64,000 nt of DNA. It comes from a virus. Its lineage: Duplodnaviria; Caudoviricetes. Position 1 is the first letter of the stretch; each line of letters begins with the position of its first letter. Positions 1 to 10,500 of the stretch are shown piece after piece. A program made the position numbers and the translations under genes. The DNA is taken from positions 60-64,059 of the IMG/VR virus record IMGVR_UViG_3300023170_000023; one strand, given 5' to 3'. The notes below the pieces were generated by a model that searched no databases, was not told the origin of the DNA, and saw only the letters and a program-made list of their open reading frames with translations.

Positions 1-2675
1 GCAGTAAATGTGTAAGCACCAGCAGTGTATCGTCCTGATCCATCGTCTGCAACAGTAACGTTGACATCTTCTCCTACCGGATTAACTACTGCGAGAGACA
101 AGACAATATCGTTGCCTTCGGTAACTGGTGTGTTAGAACTAACTGTGTATTCTGGAACAACGTCTGTGATGTCCACAGTGAAAGATGCAATTTCGTTTGC
201 TGCATCTGTATTACTGTCAGACACTTTGATCGTAAAACTTTCGGTGCCCTCTGTCAAAGCATCCAGTGCGGCAGCAAGATCCATAGTAGATGTCATGATC
301 ATGGTGTCGCCAGCAGCAGTAACACTGTTAGCAGTGCTGTCAACGGTTAGCACTCCTCTGCTTCCTGTGCGAGGAGGTGTGCTGGTAAAATCTGCATCTG
401 CAACACCGTCTACCCACCAGTAGTAATTAGTTCCGGGTGCTGCATTCTTGTGAGTGAAAGACCATGAACCTCCTGCTTGACCTTCGGTGATAGAAGTGGG
501 TCCTGAGATAACCGGATTAGAAACCGCAGCATCGTTCATTGTGATGGTGCCAGTACTTATTTGTGCAGGAACATCGTGGTTAGTTACACGAACCGTTGCT
601 GTTTGTTGCCCACGATAATAACCGTCAGCGGTAGTCGTAGACATCGTCAAGTTAGTTGATGCAGCAGAGAAAGGTTCTCTTCCTGTAAGCGTGGAGATTC
701 TTCCATCAAGGTCATCAAGGATTTCCCATAACACCCCATCAGAAGTTAAAGTTTCTGTGGATTGATTGTAGAAATAATCACCACCGGGGTTATGTTCATT
801 TGTTACGGAAACATTAATTACAATATTGTCACCTTCAGTAATGGTTTGATCACCAGTGCTATACTGTGGATAAACTGAAGTATCGTTTAATGTAATCAAA
901 GCACCTTGACGTTGAGTGTTGTTGATATCTAAGTATGCGAGCAATTCAACGTTGTCTGAGTCGTTGTGGTAATCTGCATAAGTTGCAGGACCTGTCAAAA
1001 ACACTCTGAACGTTTGTGCTCCTTCCGTGATATAATCTTTCTTCGGATAAACGGTAAACGAAGCATTACCACCCGAAACTGTAATTGGTGCTCTATTAGA
1101 AAATCCGAATACGTTAGGTTGAGCAGCATCCCAATCATTGGAGTGGGTTGTTAAAGTAGAAGTATCGGGGGTAAAAGAACTACCGATATTAGTTGTTTCG
1201 TCTGCTAAGTAATAAGAAATCTGTCCGTCTGGTAAATTAGTACCTGTAATATTAATCGTTTGACCAGTAGGATCTTCATTGACGTTAGTAGTTGTGACTA
1301 TGTAATGAACATCAGCAATACCATATTGATTTGTGAAAATACTATTTCTTTGCGGTTCGTTACACCAGTCGTAAATACGAATGTTGTAATTTTCTAATCC
1401 TTCTGCATTCAAATAGAAGTCGTTCGCAATCGTAAACGTGATCTGATTAGATCCATTTCTTATCGAAGGCAAGTCGTAAACAAAATCATCTTGTGCCGCG
1501 TTGTCTGCAGGAACCAGTTCTCTTCGAACCGTTACTTCTAAATCTCCCCACCCACCTGTAATTGTATACTGGTTTCCTCCAGTAGCAGGAAGATACAGTT
1601 CTTCTTTTATAGTGACAATATTTCTGCCTTCATCAACAAACGCTTCTACAATTTCGCTGCCACCAAATATGCCGGGTCCTCTAATGTCAAACCCTACGAT
1701 ATCAGTAATATTAATTGCAGGACTTATGGTGTCTAAGATAAGTCTACGATTAGGATACTGTGTGCTAAATTCACCTTCAGTGACAGGAGTTTGATCGGGC
1801 ACTGTAGTAGAAGTGTAATCAATTTTGTGTGGAGGAGGAACAACAAAATCACTATCAACGGTGTCTATGTGTTCTAAGTCCCACTTATAAGTTCCGGGAT
1901 ACAGATAGGTCTGAGCAGGAGTCGTGCTTGTACCTGCTCCTACTGTATACGTAACTTCCACCCCTTCAGGAACAGGTTGTAGAGTCGGAGTCAACGTTAA
2001 GATAGGTGACTCATGTTCATCTATTACAGCATCTTCTTGAATAGTCCCTAACGAAAGGTTTGCTTCTCCTTCGAGAAGTACCTCTCCTCCAAGATACATT
2101 CCAGCAGGATGAACAAATAGTTTGAAAAGATTTTTCCACTGATTGACAGGGATACCCGCTCTGACCAGAATAGCAAACGTTTGATAGAGTTTGTCGTTGG
2201 TCAGATATCTTAAAGAGAAAGGACCAATCTTTGTTTTAAACGATTCTGGTTTGTCCGCATCTGCTAATAAGAAAACATTTTCTTTCGGATAGATAACATC
2301 AGGATCGAGACCAAAGAAAGAACGGAAGAACCATTCAATAGAATACTTGGATCCCTTTGCTCTGAACAACACACTAGAAAACTGAGCAGATGCTCTTTTG
2401 TCTTCTGACCCTTCGAAATAACTGCCACCTAAAAGAAGTTCGTCTTCAATGAAGTTGAGGAGTGTGATGTCTGTTTCTGTGATATCACGAGCAGAAAACA
2501 AATGGTTGAGTAGTTCTGTGGTATCGTATTGATTCTGCCACTCGTAGTATCTTTCTAGCAAAGATATAAATTTAGGATAAGACTCAGCAAAATGTTCGGG
2601 AAGAACGTCTTCAATATGTACGTCCCGAAGATTTAACTTGCGTCTTTTTAAATCTTTAAAATTATCGTGTGCCAT
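1..2675 (-). CDS. gp7-like baseplate wedge protein with C-terminal Ig/Calx-beta-like domains (partial; runs off the left edge)
   Basis: Not in the ORF track because it has no stop in the window. Read manually from ATG 2675: MAHDNFKDLKRRKLNLRDVHIEDVLPEHFAESYPKFISLLERYYEW...FRAKGSKYSIEWFFRSFFG...WKNLFKLFVHPAGMYLGGEV, typical of gp7-like wedge proteins. The same frame near the edge reads LDALTEGTESFTIKVSD (Calx-beta-like). Confidence 0.75.
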   Translation of the reverse strand, partial: MAHDNFKDLKRRKLNLRDVHIEDVLPEHFAESYPKFISLLERYYEWQNQYDTTELLNHLFSARDITETDITLLNFIEDELLLGGSYFEGSEDKRASAQFSSVLFRAKGSKYSIEWFFRSFFGLDPDVIYPKENVFLLADADKPESFKTKIGPFSLRYLTNDKLYQTFAILVRAGIPVNQWKNLFKLFVHPAGMYLGGEVLLEGEANLSLGTIQEDAVIDEHESPILTLTPTLQPVPEGVEVTYTVGAGTSTTPAQTYLYPGTYKWDLEHIDTVDSDFVVPPPHKIDYTSTTVPDQTPVTEGEFSTQYPNRRLILDTISPAINITDIVGFDIRGPGIFGGSEIVEAFVDEGRNIVTIKEELYLPATGGNQYTITGGWGDLEVTVRRELVPADNAAQDDFVYDLPSIRNGSNQITFTIANDFYLNAEGLENYNIRIYDWCNEPQRNSIFTNQYGIADVHYIVTTTNVNEDPTGQTINITGTNLPDGQISYYLADETTNIGSSFTPDTSTLTTHSNDWDAAQPNVFGFSNRAPITVSGGNASFTVYPKKDYITEGAQTFRVFLTGPATYADYHNDSDNVELLAYLDINNTQRQGALITLNDTSVYPQYSTGDQTITEGDNIVINVSVTNEHNPGGDYFYNQSTETLTSDGVLWEILDDLDGRISTLTGREPFSAASTNLTMSTTTADGYYRGQQTATVRVTNHDVPAQISTGTITMNDAAVSNPVISGPTSITEGQAGGSWSFTHKNAAPGTNYYWWVDGVADADFTSTPPRTGSRGVLTVDSTANSVTAAGDTMIMTSTMDLAAALDALTEGTESFTIKVSDSNTDAANEIASFTVDITDVVPEYTVSSNTPVTEGNDIVLSLAVVNPVGEDVNVTVADDGSGRYTAGAYTFT

Positions 2676-2680
2676 AGTTT

Positions 2681-2687
2681 TATTTAG
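2681..2687 (-). promoter_or_regulatory. Probable T4-type late promoter variant (CTAAATA) for the gp7-like gene
   Basis: CTAAATA overlaps the gp15 stop codon just upstream of ATG 2675; the same variant recurs at 24921, 58524 and 59052. Confidence 0.45.
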
Positions 2688-5600
2688 ATGCTAGTAAATA
2701 CTTGATTTTCTAAAACTCTACCCTGATTGCTGGTAAACTCGTTGTTACCGATTTTAACAAAGTTTCCGTTTGTCGATATTTGTGCAGGACTACCTGCATT
2801 ATAATTACTTGAATTAGTAACCTGTCCATAAAAATAACTCTGACTCGTCGTGCCAAACCCGAGATAGTCATTTACTTCTCCACGTAAATACCCATTAAGA
2901 GTTGCAATCGTATCAGAAGCGAGCGTCCTGTCAAAACCAACATCAACGGTATCGTCCAAGGCGAACCTATAAATTGTGCCACGGTTTTCGCCAGACCAAG
3001 ATTCCAATGGTGCCGTAACGTATAACTCTGTGTTGTCCGGATTGACTGTCACATATCTTCCAAAATCAATATCAGTTTCGCCGCTCTGACCAGTAAGAGT
3101 TATAACGTGACTAAACTGCACAATCATAGATATCTGCAAGTTATATGTTCCATCTCCTGTGTATCCGGGTATAGCAGGCGCACTTCCGGGTTCTGATCCG
3201 TCAGTAGTCCAATTCACAGTACGAGTTCGGACAGACGTTGGATACTGCGGTACGGCAGGGAACCCAAATGCTTGCATGTCACGAGCAAGTCTGCAAATAA
3301 TATATTCATCGGTATCTTTGTTTCGAATCCAAGCAATTCCACCATTCGCACCATACCAAGTATTAGTGGCTGATCTATACAAAGTTCCGTCATACTCACC
3401 AACTGACATATTGTTAGGATCAGTTCGACCTGAAATTAGATCGGGTGCTTGTGCTCCAAGATCAATACGACTGCCACTATTAGTGACTGAGAAAGAACCA
3501 TCGATCCTTGGCGTAGTTGGAGTTGCTCCCAAACTTCCAAACCTTCCGTTTAATGGATCTGCATATCTCCAAACCGAAACACGATTAAGATTAGGCACTC
3601 CTATAAAAATATGATTGTTAGACATTGCTACACTAGTAGGACCATTTGTAAAAGAATTCGTTGCATCGTAATGTGAATTCCAAATACTAGCAGTGTTATC
3701 GTGCGTATCTAAGAAATTATTAAACTGTAAAGTGCCGCCAGAAACTTTTATTACTCTACCGGCTGATGCTCTACCCGGAAGAGCAACAACATAATCATCA
3801 GCATAGGGCGAAGATGCTACAGAAGTTCCGACATAATTGTTAGTTGATGCTCCGTAATCTTTAGTATAGATTAAACTATACGGAGAAGATCTATCATAAA
3901 AATAAATTATGCCACCACTAGCACTTCCTGCTCTTGGGTGTGCGATACCAATATAATTTTCTGTAAAGAACAATTCGAAACCAAACCTAGCATTTCCAGT
4001 ATCGTCCCACACATTAAGAAGGTTGCCTGACGTATCGAATAAGTAAACCGATCCATTTGCATTAGAAGTATTCAATGCACCTACCAAAACTTGACTACCA
4101 TTTATTGCGGTTGCTCTGCCAAAAGTTGCTACTGTATTTCCACCAGACGGAACTAGTTCAATCGTGGTTCCATCTGCAATAGTTCTCAAATATGCTTTTT
4201 CGTTTCCGGGTTCTCCGATAACTGCATATGTGTCATTAGTATCAATAGAATATGCAAAGTCGCCGTTGTTTGTTGGTGTCGGTGCCTGATATGTTTCAGG
4301 AGGATATGAATCAAGAATGTTGAATGTGTCTGATTCAGTGATTCCTTCTGCCGCATCATTAATAGTAAAGGTGCTTGTAACCGTACCTTGTTCACCAGCA
4401 GGTTGTCCTATTACAATGTCTACCGTTTTACTTAAAGCATCCATAGTCACTGTACCGGATGCCGTTGATATTCTACCATTGGTATTATTATCACCCGTTA
4501 TAGACCAAGAAACTACCTGATTGTTAGCATAGTTGCTAGTGATTGTTGCCTGTATGGTTTCACCTTCTATCGTATTAGGAACAGATACAGTATATGAGTA
4601 TCCTTCAAGAACTTCTATTGTCACCTCACCAACCTCTGACGAGTTCTCTGCACCATCTGGAACAGCACGATATTCAAAAACAACCGTTCCTGTAAACGAT
4701 GCGCTAGGTGGTGTGTATCCAAACGTTCCTGCCAAAGCATCTACAATCGTAACTGTTCCATCCGCTGGTTGGTTTTCAACGGTGTGAGTAATTTCTCCAA
4801 CAGTTTCCCATTCGTCGTTAGTTGAAACTGTAAATTCGAACGCACTTCCATTATTATAATAGGTGAATGCATCAGCAAACACGTCAACCGTATTAGTTGT
4901 ACCTCTGACCTGAACAGTAACGTTTTCTGTTACCCCTTGTCCTACGTCTACTCCAATAACAAAGCTATCTGCTCCATATGCATCTGGGTTAGGAGTATAA
5001 GTCCACTTGCCAGCGTCATCAACTGTAGCAGAACCAAAAGTCGGTTGAGTAACAATACTATAACCTTCGATTTCATTTAGAGTGTTCTTCAACGAAAGGG
5101 TATTAGTAGCAACACCAACATCCTCTGCAGAAAGTTCTGCACTATCACCAGACAAAACGTTTGCATCAACTTTACAAAACGAAAGAAGTCCACCCGTATC
5201 AAAATCAAGGAGACTGGTTTCAACGCTTTTGATGATAGAAGAAGCACCATCAACCGTCTTATATAGATTCAATTTCATTTCGAAATCAAGGGTGTATATA
5301 ATAGTCCTTCTTGACTCCAGTGCTGCCTCATAATCGTCCTGCATTACAACACCGTCAAGTTTAATCGGGGTGTCTTCTTGTAAGTCAAATCCTTCAAGCG
5401 GTTTAACAGAAACTGTGTAATAAGGTGTAAAATATGGAAGAATCTGTTCTACGATCTGCAGAGCATCGTCTTGACTGCGAGCATATATGTTCAATTGAAA
5501 CGTAATGTTATACGGCACAGGAGTATAAATTTTCTGTGCGTTATCTCCAGCAGAAGGTACAATTCTCTTGTTGATTTTAGGCAACTGTCTTTGTGCATCA

Positions 5601-5854
5601 TACGTCATAGATATGATTTCAAAAGACATTCGTGGCAGTTTAATAGCAATCTGTCGTTCTTGTGCATCGCCACTTTGCATACTCAAGATTCGATCAAGGA
5701 AGTCTCGACGTGGTGCGTAAGATAAAGGTACCTTAGTTTGGTTGATCACCTCGCCTGCAGCATTATGACGAACTACATAAAGGTTATTAAACAGTGTACC
5801 AAAAACGGCAACCGCTTTTCTGATCCTTTCGTTGTAAAACCAATTGCCTAACAT
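2684..5854 (-). CDS. gp15: Tail sheath stabilizer/terminator gp15 with an ~840-aa extension (cadherin/Big_9-like repeats, Ig-like domain, FG-GAP-like propeller)
   Basis: N-terminus FYNERIRKAVAVFGTLFNNL...KVPLSYAPR...LPRMSFEI...PVPYNITFQL...DDALQIVEQILPYFTP is gp15-like and follows gp13 and gp14. Extension includes WTYTPNPDAYGADSF and FGRATAINGSQVLVGA. Confidence 0.9.
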   Translation of the reverse strand: MLGNWFYNERIRKAVAVFGTLFNNLYVVRHNAAGEVINQTKVPLSYAPRRDFLDRILSMQSGDAQERQIAIKLPRMSFEIISMTYDAQRQLPKINKRIVPSAGDNAQKIYTPVPYNITFQLNIYARSQDDALQIVEQILPYFTPYYTVSVKPLEGFDLQEDTPIKLDGVVMQDDYEAALESRRTIIYTLDFEMKLNLYKTVDGASSIIKSVETSLLDFDTGGLLSFCKVDANVLSGDSAELSAEDVGVATNTLSLKNTLNEIEGYSIVTQPTFGSATVDDAGKWTYTPNPDAYGADSFVIGVDVGQGVTENVTVQVRGTTNTVDVFADAFTYYNNGSAFEFTVSTNDEWETVGEITHTVENQPADGTVTIVDALAGTFGYTPPSASFTGTVVFEYRAVPDGAENSSEVGEVTIEVLEGYSYTVSVPNTIEGETIQATITSNYANNQVVSWSITGDNNTNGRISTASGTVTMDALSKTVDIVIGQPAGEQGTVTSTFTINDAAEGITESDTFNILDSYPPETYQAPTPTNNGDFAYSIDTNDTYAVIGEPGNEKAYLRTIADGTTIELVPSGGNTVATFGRATAINGSQVLVGALNTSNANGSVYLFDTSGNLLNVWDDTGNARFGFELFFTENYIGIAHPRAGSASGGIIYFYDRSSPYSLIYTKDYGASTNNYVGTSVASSPYADDYVVALPGRASAGRVIKVSGGTLQFNNFLDTHDNTASIWNSHYDATNSFTNGPTSVAMSNNHIFIGVPNLNRVSVWRYADPLNGRFGSLGATPTTPRIDGSFSVTNSGSRIDLGAQAPDLISGRTDPNNMSVGEYDGTLYRSATNTWYGANGGIAWIRNKDTDEYIICRLARDMQAFGFPAVPQYPTSVRTRTVNWTTDGSEPGSAPAIPGYTGDGTYNLQISMIVQFSHVITLTGQSGETDIDFGRYVTVNPDNTELYVTAPLESWSGENRGTIYRFALDDTVDVGFDRTLASDTIATLNGYLRGEVNDYLGFGTTSQSYFYGQVTNSSNYNAGSPAQISTNGNFVKIGNNEFTSNQGRVLENQVFTSI

Positions 5855-6762
5855 TATGGATCACCAAATGGATTTGATTCAGAGAAGTCAAGGATAGTAT
5901 CTCCAAGAGTTTCAAACTCTTCGTTTTGATTTACTTCCATATCGATTTCTTCGATTACTAACGGTAACGCAGTCGATTTACTTTCCTGTCCTAAAACAGA
6001 ATCGACGCTATTGAAAGAATGGAATTTTCCATCGCTTGTTTTAAAGTTTGTTATACTGACTTTGATAGCAGAAGAGTTAGATGCATCTACTTCGACCACA
6101 TCTCCGTATACCGTGTACCCTCCGCTAGTAGAAAGTTGCTCAACTGTTTCACCAACTACAAACATGCTTGGTTGCCCTAAAGACTCTGTGGAAGTTACAG
6201 ATCCAAATGTTAGTTGAATCTTGTGTCCAAATATTTCTACGTTATCTATCTCAGCAATATCAGTATCAAAATTCTCACCACTGTATTCGAACAGTTCACA
6301 TGACAGTCTAAACACAGGTAAGTTTTTTAACTGATAAAAAGGAGTTTCGTCGAACACTTTAGTGATCTCAAATATAGATCCTGACAAGGGAAGGAATATA
6401 AGATCACCTTCACGTGGTCTATAAAACGGAACCTCTTCTGATGCTTCATACGGAGCAATTTGTTGATTCCATCGTCTACGTGCGACAACAAAGGTTGCTT
6501 GGTCTCTAATCTCTACACCGAACTTAGAGAACAAGTCGCCCTCACCATCGAACCCTTCCACGTTCTCGATATACATTTCAATCTTATATGCGTCATCAAA
6601 TACCGCAGACGTTTCGTCTCCGAATATAGTGTCTTCGTTTACTGAGTCGCGTGGAAGATAATAAACATCCTGCCCGTACATTTTTAAGGATTCAACAATG
6701 ATATCCTCATACAGGAGTTGTTCTGATCTGGCACCTTGTGAAAAATACTTGTTAGTTGCCAT
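5854..6762 (-). CDS. gp14: Neck protein gp14
   Basis: EQLLYEDIIVESLKMYGQDVYYLPR, GFDGEGDLFSKFGVEIRD, RPREGDLIFLP, C-terminal LDFSESNPFG; synteny with gp13 and gp15. Confidence 0.93.
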   Translation of the reverse strand: MATNKYFSQGARSEQLLYEDIIVESLKMYGQDVYYLPRDSVNEDTIFGDETSAVFDDAYKIEMYIENVEGFDGEGDLFSKFGVEIRDQATFVVARRRWNQQIAPYEASEEVPFYRPREGDLIFLPLSGSIFEITKVFDETPFYQLKNLPVFRLSCELFEYSGENFDTDIAEIDNVEIFGHKIQLTFGSVTSTESLGQPSMFVVGETVEQLSTSGGYTVYGDVVEVDASNSSAIKVSITNFKTSDGKFHSFNSVDSVLGQESKSTALPLVIEEIDMEVNQNEEFETLGDTILDFSESNPFGDP

Positions 6763-6765
6763 TGG

Positions 6766-7518
6766 TTATCCTACGAAGAAGTCTGGTGGTAACTCCTGTT
6801 CGAGTCTTACTTTCTCTTCTAGTTTTTCGAGTTCTGCCGTAGCGTCTTCATACATCTGTCTTCCGCTAATCGTGACACCACCGGGAAGTTGCATACCTTC
6901 AAATTTAGACATGTTCATGCCCCACTGTTGTTTGATCAATGCGGTGGTATAATTTTTTAAGAACATATCATCGTATACACTAGTGTGTGTATCCGGATCA
7001 ATTGCTTGATAGACTTCTGCTACCACGTAATCATCTACGTCCAGATCTTTGTTATACCACTCACCGTAGATATACAATCGTCCTTGTCTACGAGAGAAAG
7101 TGGTTTTAGGTGTACCACTGAGCAGCATATCTAAGAAATCAAGATACTGTTCGAACTGATAATAGTATGCCATCCCACCAGCAAAGTTCATGAAATCGCC
7201 CAGACTGTTAAGCATCATCTGGTAACGAACATCAAACATGTTCACTGTGCTGAACGTAGGATTGATTGGAAACAACTGCGACACAAAAAGAATATCGTCT
7301 GAGATGGGAATATATCCGTTTGCTTTATCTTCTGCCGTTATCTTATGAGACAGATAAGTCTTAAACTTAGCGTCAGAGTGATACTCACGATATACCTGAA
7401 TAGCATCATCGACTTTGTCTTCGATCTGATCTTCATCCACATTAATTTCGATCACGGGTTCGCCCAACCTACGAAGGCAGAAATCGATCAATGTTTGTCT
7501 GGAATTAGGTTTTGCCAT
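6766..7518 (-). CDS. gp13: Neck protein gp13
   Basis: LIDFCLRRLGEPVIEINVDEDQIED, KQQWGMNMSKFEGMQLPGGVT, C-terminal PPDFFVG. Confidence 0.94.
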   Translation of the reverse strand: MAKPNSRQTLIDFCLRRLGEPVIEINVDEDQIEDKVDDAIQVYREYHSDAKFKTYLSHKITAEDKANGYIPISDDILFVSQLFPINPTFSTVNMFDVRYQMMLNSLGDFMNFAGGMAYYYQFEQYLDFLDMLLSGTPKTTFSRRQGRLYIYGEWYNKDLDVDDYVVAEVYQAIDPDTHTSVYDDMFLKNYTTALIKQQWGMNMSKFEGMQLPGGVTISGRQMYEDATAELEKLEEKVRLEQELPPDFFVG

Positions 7519-7536
7519 TTAGATACCTTTTACCTG

Positions 7537-7544
7537 TATTTATA
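7537..7544 (-). promoter_or_regulatory. T4-type late promoter TATAAATA (gp13 operon)
   Basis: Exact TATAAATA on the minus strand about 20 nt upstream of the gp13 ATG. Confidence 0.8.
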
Positions 7545-10500
7545 CGTTACCCCAGAGGACTGCACCTGCAGAATCGTATATAACCAAAGTTCTGTCGTTA
7601 GCATCCTGAAGTTTAACACCAGTGTCGAGTTTGAGTTTTTCAGTGTCAGTAACCAAAACCTCACCAGCACTATCGATCTTAACCCTCGTTCCAGCAGCAC
7701 CAAAATCGTTACCAGCAACCCTAAGTTCCATTCTGGCAGTTTCACTGCCTGCAGTTCTTTCTGTGAATACAGTTCGAATCTCAGCGTATTCGTACTCTTG
7801 AGTCGCGCTAGTGCTGTTACCTGAAGTGAACAAAAGTTTACTAGCGGTAGCAGCACCATTTGTTCTGTTATCCAGTTTAAAATCTGTGGAAGAATAATCT
7901 GTAGTGATCGACGCTCCGTTTTGCCCGTCTAGTATCAACTGGTTTGTAACAAATCCGTCTGCAATAGACTTAACGCCAAATCGCATTTTAGTAAACGAAT
8001 CACCACTACCGTTGTCAGCACTATCAAAAGCAATGAAGTGTGATATCGTGTTACTTACATCAGTCTTAACATTAATACCAGAGGAAGTGCCGTTCGCTTC
8101 GTTATTAATAGTTAAGAAATTCCCCATATTGATACTGTGAGGAGTTGTAACATAATTATCATCGATTTCCAAATCAATACTTTCGGTATTGCTTGGGTAA
8201 GTACTAAACTGGAATTTAGTGGGGAGGTTTCCACTAGAGACTGTATCGTTTGCTACTACCCTAAGAGAAGCACCAATGCTTTGAGAAGTATTATCAACAC
8301 CATTCCAAATAATTGAACCAAGTTGATCTCCGTTTTGAATTGGTGACAAATCAAACGCACTGTCTCCACGGTTTTTTGCCAGAACAAGATATGAACCGAA
8401 TTCGTTGTTGCTGTGTCTTGTTAAAGAGACAATCGATTCGTTTGCTCCGTTGCCGGAAATTTCAGTAAAACCAGCAAGAGAAGCAGCAGTAGTTACGGCA
8501 ACGTTTTCAACAAAGTTTGCTCCAGCACTGAATCGATAACGTGTTACACCGAGGTTGTCGATATCAAAGAAAGCATCTCTTAGATTAACCCTATCATTGT
8601 GAGTGGTTAAAAAATTAAACGTAGCAGAGTCTTCGACTATCAGTCGCTCATTTGCCGTGATTGAAGGTGCACCAGATAGTTCATCCCTCTTAAACGACAT
8701 CATTGGATTATATGATGGGAAGAAGTTAGATGCGTAAATACCAAATTCTTTCGAAACAGGTTTGAAGAACCAAGGGAAAGTCGTGGTTCCGCCAATGTTC
8801 ATTTGAACAACGGATTGTCCACCGTCTAATCGATACTCAATCTCATCAGCACCACCAGAATCATATCGCAAAGAAAGTCGAGGAGTTGATCCTCTCGACA
8901 TGATCTCACCTTCTGCAGTGATCGTTCCGTTTTGCGCGTTGATCGTGCTACCAACAGAGAGTTTGTTCAGTGCGACAATGTTGCCAGAAACTTCTGCGCT
9001 ATCGACTTGAAGTCTAGTTCCACCTTGACGCCCTAGAAGTGCCGCTTTGTATTCGCCACTGAATGCTGTACCAACGGGAGTGTCTGCGAATACCCCTCCG
9101 GGGTTATAACGGAGATAAACATCACTCGCAGCAATAGGATGTTGAGTTTTGTTACCCGCAGCGGCAACAGTGTCTAAAGTAGATTGTTGTAAGAACTCAT
9201 CAACACCAGCATAGAAAAGTTTTCCGGTTGCTTCGTCTTGAACAATTACCTGAGTCTTTGTAGCATCATTAGCGAGGTTAGTTAAATAAAAGTCACCAGT
9301 GAATGCTACATTTTCGTTTGTAGAGTCGATACCAGAGGTTGTTAATGACGCACCATAATTGGTAACAGTCTTCAACGTCTCTGTTGGCGTGTTCTGATTG
9401 ATTACACCAATTTGACCTCTAGCAACACGGTTGGTGTCTGTGTTGATAACCAACATCTGCCAGAAGTTTGCTGCTTGTGGATCTGTGGTGTTGATCGCAG
9501 CACCATCAAGAAGAGTCGTTCCTCCGGGTGGTAATTCTAAACCGCCACCAAACGTACTCAGAATGTCTGTAGAGTCTCCTGCTTCAGTAACCGCCTGAAG
9601 TGTTGGGTCAAGGAAAGCAGCATCACTAAGTTTACGATAACCTACCTGATCAGTGTCGCTGTCCCACATAAGAGCAGCGTCTGTTGATAATAATGGGAAG
9701 TTTCCTCTCTTGATATAGATCTGGTTGGCATTCGTAATCGTAATGCCTTTCATCTTCAACCATTGGTCTGTGCTATCACCAACACCAGAGAAAGTAGCAC
9801 CATCAGGAAAGTTAGTAACTTGGTAAAGTGTTTGCCCATTCTCAAAGGCAAGATCACCGAGTGCGCGATAACCAACGCTGTCATGTGCTACGTTGTAGAA
9901 GAGAGCGTTCTGGGTCCCGGTGTATTTACTAACACCCGTCCAGTTATCCGCCTGCATCTTCAATTTACCGATAATAACATTATCAGTAGTTTGTGACCAA
10001 TTTTCTGTTCCGTTGCTTAACGCAGTTTGTCCGTGACTTGTGACATAAGATAATGTGATTTCATTATCGTCTCTGTTCGCAACCGTGCCTAGCGTTCTGC
10101 GTCCAATCCTATCACTATCTCCTACGGCAGCCGTAGAAGGATCTGGGTGGAAAACAGGTACTTGTAAACTGGTAGACCATGGAGATTGGTTGGTAATCTG
10201 AGTCCTATCAATCCATAGTCCATCGTTTACGTGAACCTCATACCCGCCTGATGAATCTCCCTGCTCAAGAGTGAATGCCCACGTAAACTCTTCCAGTGGT
10301 TGTGTAGCACCAGAGTTAAGAGTAACTCTAAACGCACTGTCGGTGCCGCCTGCATCAGCGAGACGAATAACATCGAACTGACCTGTAGGAGTTCCGGGAT
10401 TAGTTAATGCAGCAGTAAACCCACCATCAAGATCTATACTGCTAGAAGCAGAAAGTCTTTGTGCCATCGCGTTAGATCCGCGAACGACTGCAGCATCAAT

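Noticed and set aside
25-1794. Plus-strand ORFs 25..423, 966..1154 and 1501..1794
   Set aside because: Antisense to the gp7-like minus-strand CDS, which the ORF track missed because it has no stop in the window.
7345-7859. ORFs 7345..7824 (+) and 7530..7859 (-)
   Set aside because: They overlap gp13 and the 2138-aa gene in antisense or alternate frames and have no motifs.
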